From Methanothermobacter thermautotrophicus str. Delta H (GTDB taxonomy: Archaea; Methanobacteriota; Methanobacteria; Methanobacteriales; Methanothermobacteraceae), in contig NC_000916.1 of NCBI RefSeq assembly GCF_000008645.1, forward strand, positions 60,001 through 92,000: a DNA stretch of 32,000 bases, read 5' to 3'. Shown here piece after piece: positions 1 to 8,750 of the stretch (positions are counted from its first letter, which is position 1; each line of letters begins with the position of its first letter). The translations under genes and the position numbers were made by a program. The notes under the pieces are model-generated. The model did no database searches. It was given only the letters and a program-made list of their open reading frames with translations, and had not been told where the DNA came from.

Positions 1-524
1 TTCTATGTTTCCCATGGTGGGGTCTGCTAGTTTAACGGTTTCATTGTTGACTTCCCTGATGAGGGTGTAGTGTCCCACACCATCACTCATTGTATATGCG
101 ATCATGTTCTCGTGGAGTTCTGTGATGTTCAGTTTCATGCCTGTCATGTTAACGCCCTTGGCCTTTGCCGCCTCCAGGAGGCCCTGCATTGTTGTACCCT
201 CTTCTGTGGTGCCGGCGAGGTCTGCGAGTTCATCCTCGGTTGTGTTTATTCCAAGGTTTGGAGTAGTGTGGCGAGTGCTGCCGGTCCGCAGGTGTAGTTC
301 CTGGTCTGCAGGACCACGCCGGTGTTATCTGCTGTGATGTTATCGTCTATAGTGAACTCTGCTGGATCCGTGAAGTTCTCTTCCAAGTTATCTGCTGTGG
401 ATAAGTCCATGGGATTCGTGGAGTTACTGCTGTTATCCCGTGGGGTTTGTGCGGCCGCAGCAGCGTTAAAAGATACTGCGAGTGTTAAGAGGATCAGCAA
501 ACCCAAAAGACACGACTTTCTCAT
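1..524 (-). pseudogene. Secreted C39-like cysteine peptidase domain protein. Frame is broken at 251-252 as sequenced and the 3' end runs off the window.
   Basis: ORF 524->246 has a signal peptide (MRKSCLLGLLILLTLAV..AAAA) and the catalytic-Cys motif NYTCGPAALATLLQTL, then TAA at 246-248. The adjacent minus-strand frame continues GINTTEDELADLAGTTEEGTTMQGLLEAAKAKGVNMTGMKL...GVGHYTLIREV..LADPTMGNIE down to position 1. That is the rest of the same domain, including the His. One extra base in the CC run at 251-252 fuses the two frames. A GGTGA RBS precedes the ATG at 524. Confidence 0.75.
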
Positions 525-1182
525 CCACTATTCACCACATATCAGGTTGATAATAAATCTATAAGAAAAACTCATATATATATTACGGTGCTATGTTAAT
601 GTATTAATCACATAAAAGGAGGCCTTTAAACATCACTCAGCTCGCCTCCGAGGTAATAGTAGCAAATAAGGAAAGATGGAGGGGGAAACAGGAGATTTCA
701 ATGAATTATTGGATGCTTAACACTATTAAAGAATCCATTTGCATGATGCTGTATTTAAGTTGGTATGACCTCCAAAATCAGATATGCCCATTACAAGTGT
801 GGTGACGATTGGCTGCTTTAGCGTTCTTCACGATATTGATGGAGGTTGCCATGAAAAATGGATATGATAGTCAGTACACACACCGAAATGTCGAGTAACC
901 AGGATCTCACCTCCAGGACACCATCCAGTATTGTTCTCATCATTATGAAGATGACGGCTATAATGCCTGGGGATATTTCAAGTTTATGGGATGATTCATA
1001 GAATTACATATACTGCAGCAATTATGCAAGAGTAGCCATAAATATGGTGAATGATTGGGGCTTCTTATTTTTCATTGTCATCATCTTTAGTAGAGTTGAG
1101 GATTATTTTCCCCAGTATCCATCATATATCTCTGATACCTTTTTTATGAGGTAAGAACCTGTGAGCAGGCCTCCTGCAGTGT

Positions 1183-1362
1183 TTAAATGTCATTCCTGCC
1201 TTTAAGAGTGTTATACAAGGTTCCGATGCCACTGATAATCTCCATGCAACCCTCTCTGATTTTGCCACAGTCTGGTTTGGGATTTCTGTCTACTTTATAT
1301 GTGCTTCCATCCATGCACGTATATGGGGTATCCTTTCCCGTCCAATTTATATGTGACTTCAT
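1183..1362 (-). CDS. Possible 59-aa small protein, below the ORF-track cutoff
   Basis: My own translation of the minus strand gives MKSHINWTGKDTPYTCMDGSTYKVDRNPKPDCGKIREGCMEIISGIGTLYNTLKGRNDI. Its composition is more protein-like than the overlapping hydrophobic plus-strand ORF 1187-1462. It lies on the same strand 80 nt downstream of the DUF2769-like gene. I saw no clear RBS. Confidence 0.3.
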   Translation of the reverse strand: MKSHINWTGKDTPYTCMDGSTYKVDRNPKPDCGKIREGCMEIISGIGTLYNTLKGRNDI

Positions 1363-1442
1363 ACTTGTAGAATGTTATTACTCTATTTCCATGTCGTTCG
1401 CTCTATTTTCTGATAAGGCGTTTTTTGATTATCTTGTAGCCT

Positions 1443-1754
1443 TTACCTCGATATCTTTTTGATACAGAAATAGTCAGACACATCACTTTCAGATAATATG
1501 TGCTCCTTCCATACCTCACACCCACTGCAGAGGCACTCTTCATGTGGATCTATATCCCTGCAAATGGCCCTTCCTGTGGAACAGTAGACCCCTGGAACCC
1601 TGTCTGTGTCCATGCGCATGGCGCTGTCAAGGTCCTGCTGGGTTATGAGTAGCATTATCTTCTTCTTATCCCTCACGCACCGACTTTCCCTCTGGACGGG
1701 ACACTCAAGACAGAGGCACCTTCTGATGTTCTCCATGCTGAAGTCAACCTGCAT
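1443..1754 (-). CDS. Cys-rich protein, DUF2769-like
   Basis: 103-aa ORF with the pattern CLCLECPVQ...YCSTGRAIC...CLCSGCEVW...YFC, which matches my recollection of the DUF2769 family. It is divergent from the 1986 gene across an AT-rich promoter region. Confidence 0.7.
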   Translation of the reverse strand: MQVDFSMENIRRCLCLECPVQRESRCVRDKKKIMLLITQQDLDSAMRMDTDRVPGVYCSTGRAICRDIDPHEECLCSGCEVWKEHILSESDVSDYFCIKKISR

Positions 1755-1985
1755 GTCATCACCACAGTGGATATATGTACCTGCAGGTACTTCACATTTG
1801 CCACATGAACAGAAAAATTTTAATTAATAATCATTATAAATTGAAGTTTTTTTAGAAAATAGCTGCTATTTAAAGCTTTTGTCTTGTAACATTTAGAAAC
1901 TGATATTAATGTAGATGACCTATTTAATATTGGTGGAATCTGTGTACCCTTCTAAGGGCAGGGCAGTTCTACCGAAGGTGATCTA

Positions 1986-3485
1986 ATGGCTGAGTTGTAC
2001 GAAAAAATGGTAAAAGAGGCCATGATGGCCCAGAAAGCCGATGTGGAGACCATAAAAAAGAACAGGGGAAAAGAGTTTAAAATAAGGGATACGAAGGCCT
2101 ACCTGGACGTTGTGCAGGAAATGAAGGCTGCAGGAGACCAGAGCGAGGCGGTGATAAACCTGCACAAAAACTCAGTGAAGGCCCACTATGAGATACTTGA
2201 CAGCCTGACAGACACCATAAGACCAGAGGACGACCCATTCGTGGAACACTACCAGACACCTGTGGTCCTTGAAATACTCCGGGATGAGGACAGCGAATTT
2301 GAAAAGAGCCTCCAGGCATTCATAGATGCCATAGAAAAGTCTGAGGCACTTATAGGAAAAGAGGCAATAAGAAGGTACGGTGGATTCTACGGCCCAACAT
2401 GTGTGGTTGACTTCGCCCTCATGCCGGGCAGCACGAGCAACGTGGTGAACAGGATTCTCAGGGAGACCGACATCCCCGAGATGCACAAACAGGCAATACT
2501 ATCAGAAAAATCATGGGGTATGAACACCTCATATGGTATCGGGGAGGTATTTGCAAACGAACTTGAGAGGGGGGCAACCGCCGCAGAGGCAGCCCGGAAG
2601 GAAATCGAAATGGTGAAATACATCTATGAGGAGCCAGTGGAGGCCCAGGCAAAACTCATGGACGACCATGGTCATGAATCATTCGATGTAAGGGAGTACA
2701 TGTCCCGCTACAGGAAGGAGATGGAGGCAACCGTCAGGGCAGCCATGGATGACGGGGTACACTACGGTAACATACTCACTGTACCAGCATACTGTGTTGG
2801 TGACATATCACACCACATAGCCCAGTCCACCTACAACATGTGCAAGGACGACGTTGTCATGGCCATAATAGAGGCAACCACCGAGGTCATGGACAGCACA
2901 CTCAACAGCGCAGTATCATCATTCAAGAGTGAATACGATGTCCTTAGCCTTGCAACAGGGTCATCTGCATGTGCTGTTGAGTACATACTAGAACTTGACG
3001 GCTTCAATGCAATAGGTGTTGTCGACCTCCTCACAAAGAGGTTCCACAACTATGTCCAGCTATACCCCACAAGGGGAGCTGCAGCTGAACTGCACAACAG
3101 CGACTTCATGGACATGATATACCGTGGATGGACACACATAGATAAGGCAAGGAGGATGCTGAACGGAAAAGAGGGGCCACTTGAACCCATGGTCGGCGAC
3201 TACAAGGTTGATCTCTCACCTATACACGAAAATGAAGTCATAATGAACCCACAGCGCTACACATACCCGGCATGTGCAATAACAGTGAGGTTCTCAGCCC
3301 TCATGAGACTTGCTGACTACCCATGCCTCCTTACAAGTGAACCGGTCACCGCAACACTCATGACCAACATAATCGCACTCCACAAGGAGAGCGCTGCATC
3401 ACCTGCAAGGACATGTAAGAACTGCGCAGCAGCAGCCCTAATTGACTTCAGGCACAACCACTGTCAGTGGAGAGAAGCTGTATAG
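1986..3485 (+). CDS. Conserved methanogen protein of unknown function (about 500 aa; I recall this as DUF2193-like, unverified)
   Basis: Uninterrupted 499-aa ORF with a GGTGA RBS (aaggtgatctaATG). All overlapping ORFs are short antisense shadows. I recognised no catalytic motif. Confidence 0.85.
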   Translation: MAELYEKMVKEAMMAQKADVETIKKNRGKEFKIRDTKAYLDVVQEMKAAGDQSEAVINLHKNSVKAHYEILDSLTDTIRPEDDPFVEHYQTPVVLEILRDEDSEFEKSLQAFIDAIEKSEALIGKEAIRRYGGFYGPTCVVDFALMPGSTSNVVNRILRETDIPEMHKQAILSEKSWGMNTSYGIGEVFANELERGATAAEAARKEIEMVKYIYEEPVEAQAKLMDDHGHESFDVREYMSRYRKEMEATVRAAMDDGVHYGNILTVPAYCVGDISHHIAQSTYNMCKDDVVMAIIEATTEVMDSTLNSAVSSFKSEYDVLSLATGSSACAVEYILELDGFNAIGVVDLLTKRFHNYVQLYPTRGAAAELHNSDFMDMIYRGWTHIDKARRMLNGKEGPLEPMVGDYKVDLSPIHENEVIMNPQRYTYPACAITVRFSALMRLADYPCLLTSEPVTATLMTNIIALHKESAASPARTCKNCAAAALIDFRHNHCQWREAV

Positions 3486-3517
3486 CTTCACCCACCCATC
3501 CATTTTTTGGTGATTGT

Positions 3518-3727
3518 ATGAAATGTTATGTCTGCGCCGAACAGGGCAAGGACACCGATGCGGTTGCAATATGTATAGTCTGCGGAATGGGGCTCTGCAC
3601 CGAGCACGCCATAAGGGAGGAAACCGAGATCTGGAGCGGAGGCTACCCCTTCCCGGCAGAGAAGGTTAAGGGTACACTGCCCAGGATACTCTGCCCCTAC
3701 TGCTACAACGTCATGAAGGAGGATTGA
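3518..3727 (+). CDS. Small Cys-rich zinc-finger-like protein (DUF2180-like)
   Basis: MKCYVCAEQGKDTDAVAICIVCGMGLCTEH...LCPYCYNVMKED. I chose the internal ATG at 3518 because ggtgattgtATG supplies an RBS. The ORF-track start at 3467 overlaps the upstream gene. Confidence 0.8.
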   Translation: MKCYVCAEQGKDTDAVAICIVCGMGLCTEHAIREETEIWSGGYPFPAEKVKGTLPRILCPYCYNVMKED

Positions 3728-3728
3728 G

Positions 3729-4469
3729 ATGGTATCCCTTACAAAGAGGTGTATCGCTGAGTTTATAGGCACATTCTTTCTGGTGTTCTTCGGTGCCGGG
3801 GCAGCCGCCATAACCCTGATGATAGCATCTGGGGGCACAGCTCCAAACCCATTTAACATAGGCATAGGTCTCCTGGGTGGCCTTGGTGACTGGGTTGCCA
3901 TAGGTCTCGCATTCGGTTTTGCAATAGCTGCAAGCATATACGCACTGGGAAACATTTCCGGGTGCCATATAAACCCCGCTGTGACCATAGGGCTCTGGTC
4001 TGTTAAGAAGTTCCCGGGGCGCGACGTTGTACCCTATATCATTGCACAGCTCCTGGGAGCCGCCTTCGCAAGCTTCATATTCCTCCAGTGTGCGGGTATA
4101 ACTGCAGCCACCATAGGTGGACTGGGGGCCACAGCACCCTTCCCGGGAATCGGCTACTGGCAGGCCATGCTTGCAGAGACCGTGGGAACATTCCTCCTCA
4201 TGATCACAATCATGGGCATAGCCGTGGACGAGAGGGCCCCGAAGGGCTTCGCAGGGATCATAATCGGCCTCACAGTTGCAGGTATAATCACAACCATAGG
4301 TAACATAACTGGAAGCTCACTTAACCCGGCACGTACCTTCGGCCCATACCTCAATGATATGGTCTTCGCTGGCACCAACCTCTGGAACTACTTCCCCATC
4401 TACGTCATAGGACCGGTTGTGGGAGCTGTCCTTGCAGCCCTCACCTACCAGTACCTCACATCAGAATAA
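3729..4469 (+). CDS. aqpM: Aquaporin AqpM (MIP family)
   Basis: 246 aa with six hydrophobic segments and both NPA boxes (SGCHINPAVT and SSLNPARTFGP). The sequence closely matches my memory of Methanothermobacter AqpM. The ATG is 1 nt after the upstream stop and is preceded by AAGGAGGA. Confidence 0.97.
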   Translation: MVSLTKRCIAEFIGTFFLVFFGAGAAAITLMIASGGTAPNPFNIGIGLLGGLGDWVAIGLAFGFAIAASIYALGNISGCHINPAVTIGLWSVKKFPGRDVVPYIIAQLLGAAFASFIFLQCAGITAATIGGLGATAPFPGIGYWQAMLAETVGTFLLMITIMGIAVDERAPKGFAGIIIGLTVAGIITTIGNITGSSLNPARTFGPYLNDMVFAGTNLWNYFPIYVIGPVVGAVLAALTYQYLTSE

Positions 4470-4483
4470 TCCCCATTAATTTA

Positions 4484-4491
4484 TTTTTTTT
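4484..4491 (+). terminator. Oligo-T (T8) archaeal-type terminator after aqpM
   Basis: ttaTTTTTTTTgag lies 15 nt after the aqpM stop, in a convergent gap. Confidence 0.45.
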
Positions 4492-4520
4492 GAGTCAGTA
4501 ACACCGGATAGTCCTTTCTT

Positions 4521-5900
4521 TTAAATGTTCCTCTTCATTGTCTCAAGCTGTTCCTTTCTTCCCTTGAGACCGGTTGATAGCAGGAAGAGTGTGAATGCAA
4601 CTGCAACAAGGAAGAGGAATGAGAACCTGTAACCCATTACTCCACTACCCATGGACGCTACAATGCCACCGATGAGTGCACCTCCAACAAGCTGCCCTGC
4701 ACTTGATAATATGTTTATCAGGGCCTGTCCAGATGCCCTGTGTTCGGGGGGAGTTTCAGATAGCATTATGTACCTGAGGGGTGCCCCTATGACGGTTATG
4801 AGTCCGAGGGCCATGAGCACCTCAGCAAGTATGAAGAGAGGGGTGGTTGATGAGAGGAGGGCCATGATGGTACACCCAACCATCAGGATAAGGCTCCCTG
4901 AGATCATCACTACCCTTGAACCAACCCTGTCCAGCAGAACACCCACAATGGGGGCCGAGAGGGCCATGGTGGTGACGAAGGGGAGGAGGCTGAAACTGGC
5001 CATGGACTCTGACAGTGAAAGGGCGAGGAGGGCGTAGCTGGGTATGAATACGATTGCAGCCTGGGATAGGCCATTACCAGCAGAGATTGCGGTTGCAATG
5101 CGGACCTCACGGCTGGCCAGCAGGTCAACCTGCACCACGGGATCGGGTGCAGCCCTTTCAACCCTCCAGAGTATGGGTGTGAGTGCCGCTGCCAGGATGA
5201 GAGGTACCACTACGATGGGCCTCATCAAACTCCCTGTGAGGTCAGTGGTATCGATCTGGTTTATCCCGACTGCAAGGGAGGCCACAATGATGGCAAGAAG
5301 AAGGGTCCCTCTGGCATCAAATTCACCATCGTCCGTTTTGCCTGTAACTGGCAGTATAAGGAATCCCCCGACAACTATCGTGGCCGCAATTGGGATGTTG
5401 ATGAGGAAGAGCCACTGCCAGCCATAGGGGAGTATGAAACCCGCCAGGATAGGTCCGGCTATTGATGAGAAACCAAATACGGATCCTATGATACCGAGGG
5501 CTTTCCCACGGCTTTCGGGGGGAAATGTGTCCCCTATGAATGCACTTGCAACAGGGAATATCCCCCCTGCACCGAAGCCCTGTATGGATCTTCCGAGGAT
5601 TAGGAGGGGATATGATGGTGAGATGGCAGTTATGACCGACCCCAAAGCAAAGAGGATGATGTCAAGTATGTAGATGTCCCTGCGCCCGTACCTGTCGGAG
5701 AGCTTCGCCATGAGGGGAGTCCCGACCATGAAGAAGAGTATATAGGATATGAATGTCCAGGATGCAAGCCGGGGATCCACCTTGAAGTAGCCCTCTATGG
5801 CTGGAAGTGCGGGGCCAATGATTCCTATGTCGAGGGCCCCCATGAATACTCCAACAAAGAGCAGAAGCAGTATCCGGTTCCTTTTTTCTGTCTCAATCAT
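4521..5900 (-). CDS. MFS transporter (drug:H+ antiporter-like, about 14 TM segments)
   Basis: 459-aa highly hydrophobic ORF with the MFS-type loop motif LSDRYGRRDIYI and the downstream segment GRSIQGFGAGG. Confidence 0.9.
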   Translation of the reverse strand: MIETEKRNRILLLLFVGVFMGALDIGIIGPALPAIEGYFKVDPRLASWTFISYILFFMVGTPLMAKLSDRYGRRDIYILDIILFALGSVITAISPSYPLLILGRSIQGFGAGGIFPVASAFIGDTFPPESRGKALGIIGSVFGFSSIAGPILAGFILPYGWQWLFLINIPIAATIVVGGFLILPVTGKTDDGEFDARGTLLLAIIVASLAVGINQIDTTDLTGSLMRPIVVVPLILAAALTPILWRVERAAPDPVVQVDLLASREVRIATAISAGNGLSQAAIVFIPSYALLALSLSESMASFSLLPFVTTMALSAPIVGVLLDRVGSRVVMISGSLILMVGCTIMALLSSTTPLFILAEVLMALGLITVIGAPLRYIMLSETPPEHRASGQALINILSSAGQLVGGALIGGIVASMGSGVMGYRFSFLFLVAVAFTLFLLSTGLKGRKEQLETMKRNI

Positions 5901-6041
5901 ATGATTAACTCTGAAGGCATCCTGTTATAAAGGTATGTTCTGACTTTAAAGAGCTGCTGATTGAAGGAATGTTATGGAGTTTTTTCAAAAACTGAAGAAA
6001 AAATGGAGGGCTTTTATTTTGCTATTAGGATGTATAATTCT

Positions 6042-6056
6042 AAAAAACTAAAAAAA
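6042..6056 (-). terminator. Tandem oligo-T runs (T7, T6 on the minus strand) after the glutamate-synthase-like operon
   Basis: The minus strand reads ccaTTTTTTTagTTTTTTag 20-34 nt after the stop at 6076. This is part of a repeated AAAAAATGGA..GGG.TTTATTT motif at 5998-6020 and 6051-6075. Confidence 0.4.
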
Positions 6057-6075
6057 TGGATGAGGGTTTATTTGG

Positions 6076-7935
6076 TCACTGGTTTATGAGTTTCAGCCCG
6101 GTTATAGCTGCGGTGTTGGTGTCCAGGGCCCTGAGGTCCTCTGGACTGAATTTACGTATATCGTCGTGTCCTGCAAGCTGGGCCAGCATCTTGGCCTCCT
6201 CGGTCATGGATTTTATGTAATTGGCAACCCTTCTTGCTGCAAGGTCCACGTCCATCCTCTCCCTCAGGACAGGGTCCTGCGTGGCGACACCAACAGGGCA
6301 CTTACCTGTGTAGCACATGCGACAGGCACGGCATCCCATTGCAATCATTGCACCGGTACCTATGTAAACCGCGTCGGCTCCCATGGCCATGGCCTTGGCA
6401 ACATCGGCACCGCTGCGGATACCCCCTGTTATTATGAGGTCAACCTCGTCCTTCAGCCCTATATCATTGAGACCATTAACTGCCTGCACGAGGGCTGCGA
6501 GGGTTGGCACACCGGTATGTTCTATCACAACCTCTGGGGCTGCCCCGGTTCCGCCCTCCATTCCATCCACTGAGATAACGTCGGCACCGGCCTCCGCTGC
6601 GATCTGCACATCCTCATAGACACGTCCGGGTCCCAGTTTAACGACTATGGGCACCCTCCAGTCGGTGACCTCCCTGAGCAGTTCTATGTGCTTTGCAAGG
6701 TCACCCTCCCTTGTGGCGTCTAGGAAACGGGCAGGGCTGAGGGCGTCAGTACCTTCGGGTATCCCACGGATCTTCGCAACCTCCGGGCTCACCTTCTCTG
6801 CCAGCAGGTGTCCACCCATACCTGGCTTTGCCCCCTGACCTATCTTGACCTCGATTGCATCGGCCACGTTGAGGTAATCTGAGGATACACCGAATCTTCC
6901 ACTTGAGTACTGTACCATGAGGTTATCTGCGAGTTCCCTCTCCTCAGGGAGCATTCCTCCCTCACCGGTGTTGGCGCAGGATCCCACCATGGATGACCCC
7001 TTGGCCATTGCGAGTTTGCTCTCCTTGCTGAGGGCACCGAAGGACATACCTGCAATGAGTACGGGGGTCTGGAGTACCAGTGGTTCCTCTGCAAATCTGT
7101 CACCAAGGACTACGCTGGTGTTGCAGGGCTCCCTGTACTTGTCAACTGGTGGAATTGATGCCTGGGCAGGGAGTATGATTATATCATCAAAGTTTGGCAG
7201 CCTCCTCTCTGTACCGAATCCCCTGAGGACGTACTTACCAGCCTTTGAGGTGTACCTTATATCTGCGATTGTCCTGGGGTCCCATATGCTGCCTGCACCG
7301 GTTGGTATGAGGACCGGGCATGCTGCAAGGCATGAACCGCACATTATGCACTTTGTCTTATCTATCTCGGCATGGTCCTCCACTATCTTTATGGCATCTG
7401 TTGGGCAGACGATTTCACAGGTGCCGCAGAATACGCAGAGCCCCTGGGTTGCTGCTGCAAGGTCTGATGAGGGGGATGATGGTGTTATTGATCCTGTACT
7501 GGGAGTTTTGATCTCAAAGCCCCTCTGGATGTCATTAACGTATTCCATAACGTCCAGGGCCTCAAGACAGCCCTGTTCACAGGCAGCCACACAGGCGGGT
7601 GTGTCTCCGGGCTTTTCAATGCACTGCTGGTCACACTTTACCATACCCTCATCGGTGTAGGTTATGGCACCGATGGGGCACATGAGCATGCAGAGCTTGC
7701 AGCCGACACAGGATTCCTGATCTATTTTAACTGCACCGTTTTCCCTTCTAATGGCGTCCCTGAAGCAGCCCCTTGCACAGGATGGGTCCACGCACTGCTG
7801 ACAGACTATGGCATGGTAACCGGTGTCCATCTTGTTGAGGAAAATCGCACTCCTTCCAAGGACAGATTCACATGCCTCAAGGCACTTGTTACAGCCATCA
7901 CATTTTTCAGGTTCTGTTAAGAGTATCTGCACCAT
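6076..7935 (-). CDS. Glutamate-synthase-like FMN (GltB domain 2) protein fused to an N-terminal polyferredoxin
   Basis: The N-terminal ~210 aa carry several CxxCxxCxxxCP 4Fe-4S motifs (CDGCNKCLEAC, CVGCKLCMLMCP, CVFCGTCEIVCP, CIMCGSCLAACP). The remainder is a GltB-type TIM-barrel (GMSFGALS, GEGG, KIGQGAKPGMGG, CRACRMCYTGKCPVGVATQDP). Start set at ATG 7935 (aggtgatccatATG) rather than GTG 7944. Confidence 0.9.
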   Translation of the reverse strand: MVQILLTEPEKCDGCNKCLEACESVLGRSAIFLNKMDTGYHAIVCQQCVDPSCARGCFRDAIRRENGAVKIDQESCVGCKLCMLMCPIGAITYTDEGMVKCDQQCIEKPGDTPACVAACEQGCLEALDVMEYVNDIQRGFEIKTPSTGSITPSSPSSDLAAATQGLCVFCGTCEIVCPTDAIKIVEDHAEIDKTKCIMCGSCLAACPVLIPTGAGSIWDPRTIADIRYTSKAGKYVLRGFGTERRLPNFDDIIILPAQASIPPVDKYREPCNTSVVLGDRFAEEPLVLQTPVLIAGMSFGALSKESKLAMAKGSSMVGSCANTGEGGMLPEERELADNLMVQYSSGRFGVSSDYLNVADAIEVKIGQGAKPGMGGHLLAEKVSPEVAKIRGIPEGTDALSPARFLDATREGDLAKHIELLREVTDWRVPIVVKLGPGRVYEDVQIAAEAGADVISVDGMEGGTGAAPEVVIEHTGVPTLAALVQAVNGLNDIGLKDEVDLIITGGIRSGADVAKAMAMGADAVYIGTGAMIAMGCRACRMCYTGKCPVGVATQDPVLRERMDVDLAARRVANYIKSMTEEAKMLAQLAGHDDIRKFSPEDLRALDTNTAAITGLKLINQ

Positions 7936-7944
7936 ATGGATCAC

Positions 7945-8613
7945 CTAACCGTAGAATGGACGTATCTCCTTTCTCTGTATTTTCTTAAACTCATCTGGAG
8001 ATGCTTCTATTGAGTAATGCTCAAAGAGGGCTGCTAGCTTCCTTATATCGGAGTCCTCCATCTCAACGATTCTGGTGTTGGTACCGCCATCGAAGTCACC
8101 TCCGACGTATATGTTGCCCCCTATTATCCAGTCACCGGTGTCCTCTCCGCTGTCCCCGGTTATTATGAGGTCACCGCTCAACATGTAGAGTCCTGCAAGG
8201 TCTCCGATGTCTCCATCTATGATTATGATGCCTCCCTTGTTAAGCTGGCCGATACCATCACCTGCATCCCCATGGACAACGATGGTACCGTTGTAGGTTC
8301 CAAAACCCACACCATCATCTGCATCCCCATGGACCACTATCTCGCCGGCTGTCATGTTGTTTCCAACGTATCTTCCGGTTTTGCCATTTATCTCTATTCT
8401 GGGGCCGTGGTTGAGGGCACCTATGAAGTCACCGAATTTACCATTCAGGATAAATTCAGCTTCCTCCCTGATTCCAACAACAATGGAGTCAAGTTCGGCG
8501 TTGCTTTCTATTTCGAAGCGCCTGATTTCATTGTTCAGCCCGTCCTTTATCTTCCTGTTGATGTCCCTTGTTGTGAGGTCATCACCCGCAATTTTCATTT
8601 CCTGAACAGTCAT
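7945..8613 (-). CDS. GXGXG-motif protein (GltB C-terminal domain / FwdC-like)
   Basis: 222 aa with repeated beta-helix motifs (HGDADDGVG, HGDAGDGIG, DGDIGDLAG, TGDSGEDTG). Its stop abuts the RBS and start of the downstream FMN protein. Confidence 0.85.
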   Translation of the reverse strand: MTVQEMKIAGDDLTTRDINRKIKDGLNNEIRRFEIESNAELDSIVVGIREEAEFILNGKFGDFIGALNHGPRIEINGKTGRYVGNNMTAGEIVVHGDADDGVGFGTYNGTIVVHGDAGDGIGQLNKGGIIIIDGDIGDLAGLYMLSGDLIITGDSGEDTGDWIIGGNIYVGGDFDGGTNTRIVEMEDSDIRKLAALFEHYSIEASPDEFKKIQRKEIRPFYG

Positions 8614-8750
8614 CTAACATCCCCTGTTTTAACATGTTTTTTAATGAACAATTTTCCATGCTGTAATTTAAGGTTTCCCATTTCTGGAAAGACCAGGTAG
8701 ATAATTATATATTTTAAGGAGAATATTTTATCATTAAATGAGAATTGTAA

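Noticed and set aside
3488-3988. 166-aa and 85-aa minus-strand ORFs overlapping the DUF2180-like gene and aqpM
   Set aside because: They lie opposite two confidently identified genes, and their products are Pro/Ala-rich and implausible.
5998-6075. The imperfect direct repeat AAAAAATGGA(TGA)GGG(C/T)TTTATTT as a regulatory or mobile feature
   Set aside because: Read on the minus strand, the copies are CCATTTTTT-type oligo-T tracts just after the operon stop. They are adequately explained as tandem archaeal terminators.
6917-7660. A 247-aa plus-strand ORF, and several others between 6166 and 7511, inside the glutamate-synthase-like gene
   Set aside because: They are antisense shadows of a well-supported 619-aa gene. 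Their products are Ser/Pro/Leu-rich and low in complexity, with no RBS and no recognisable motifs.
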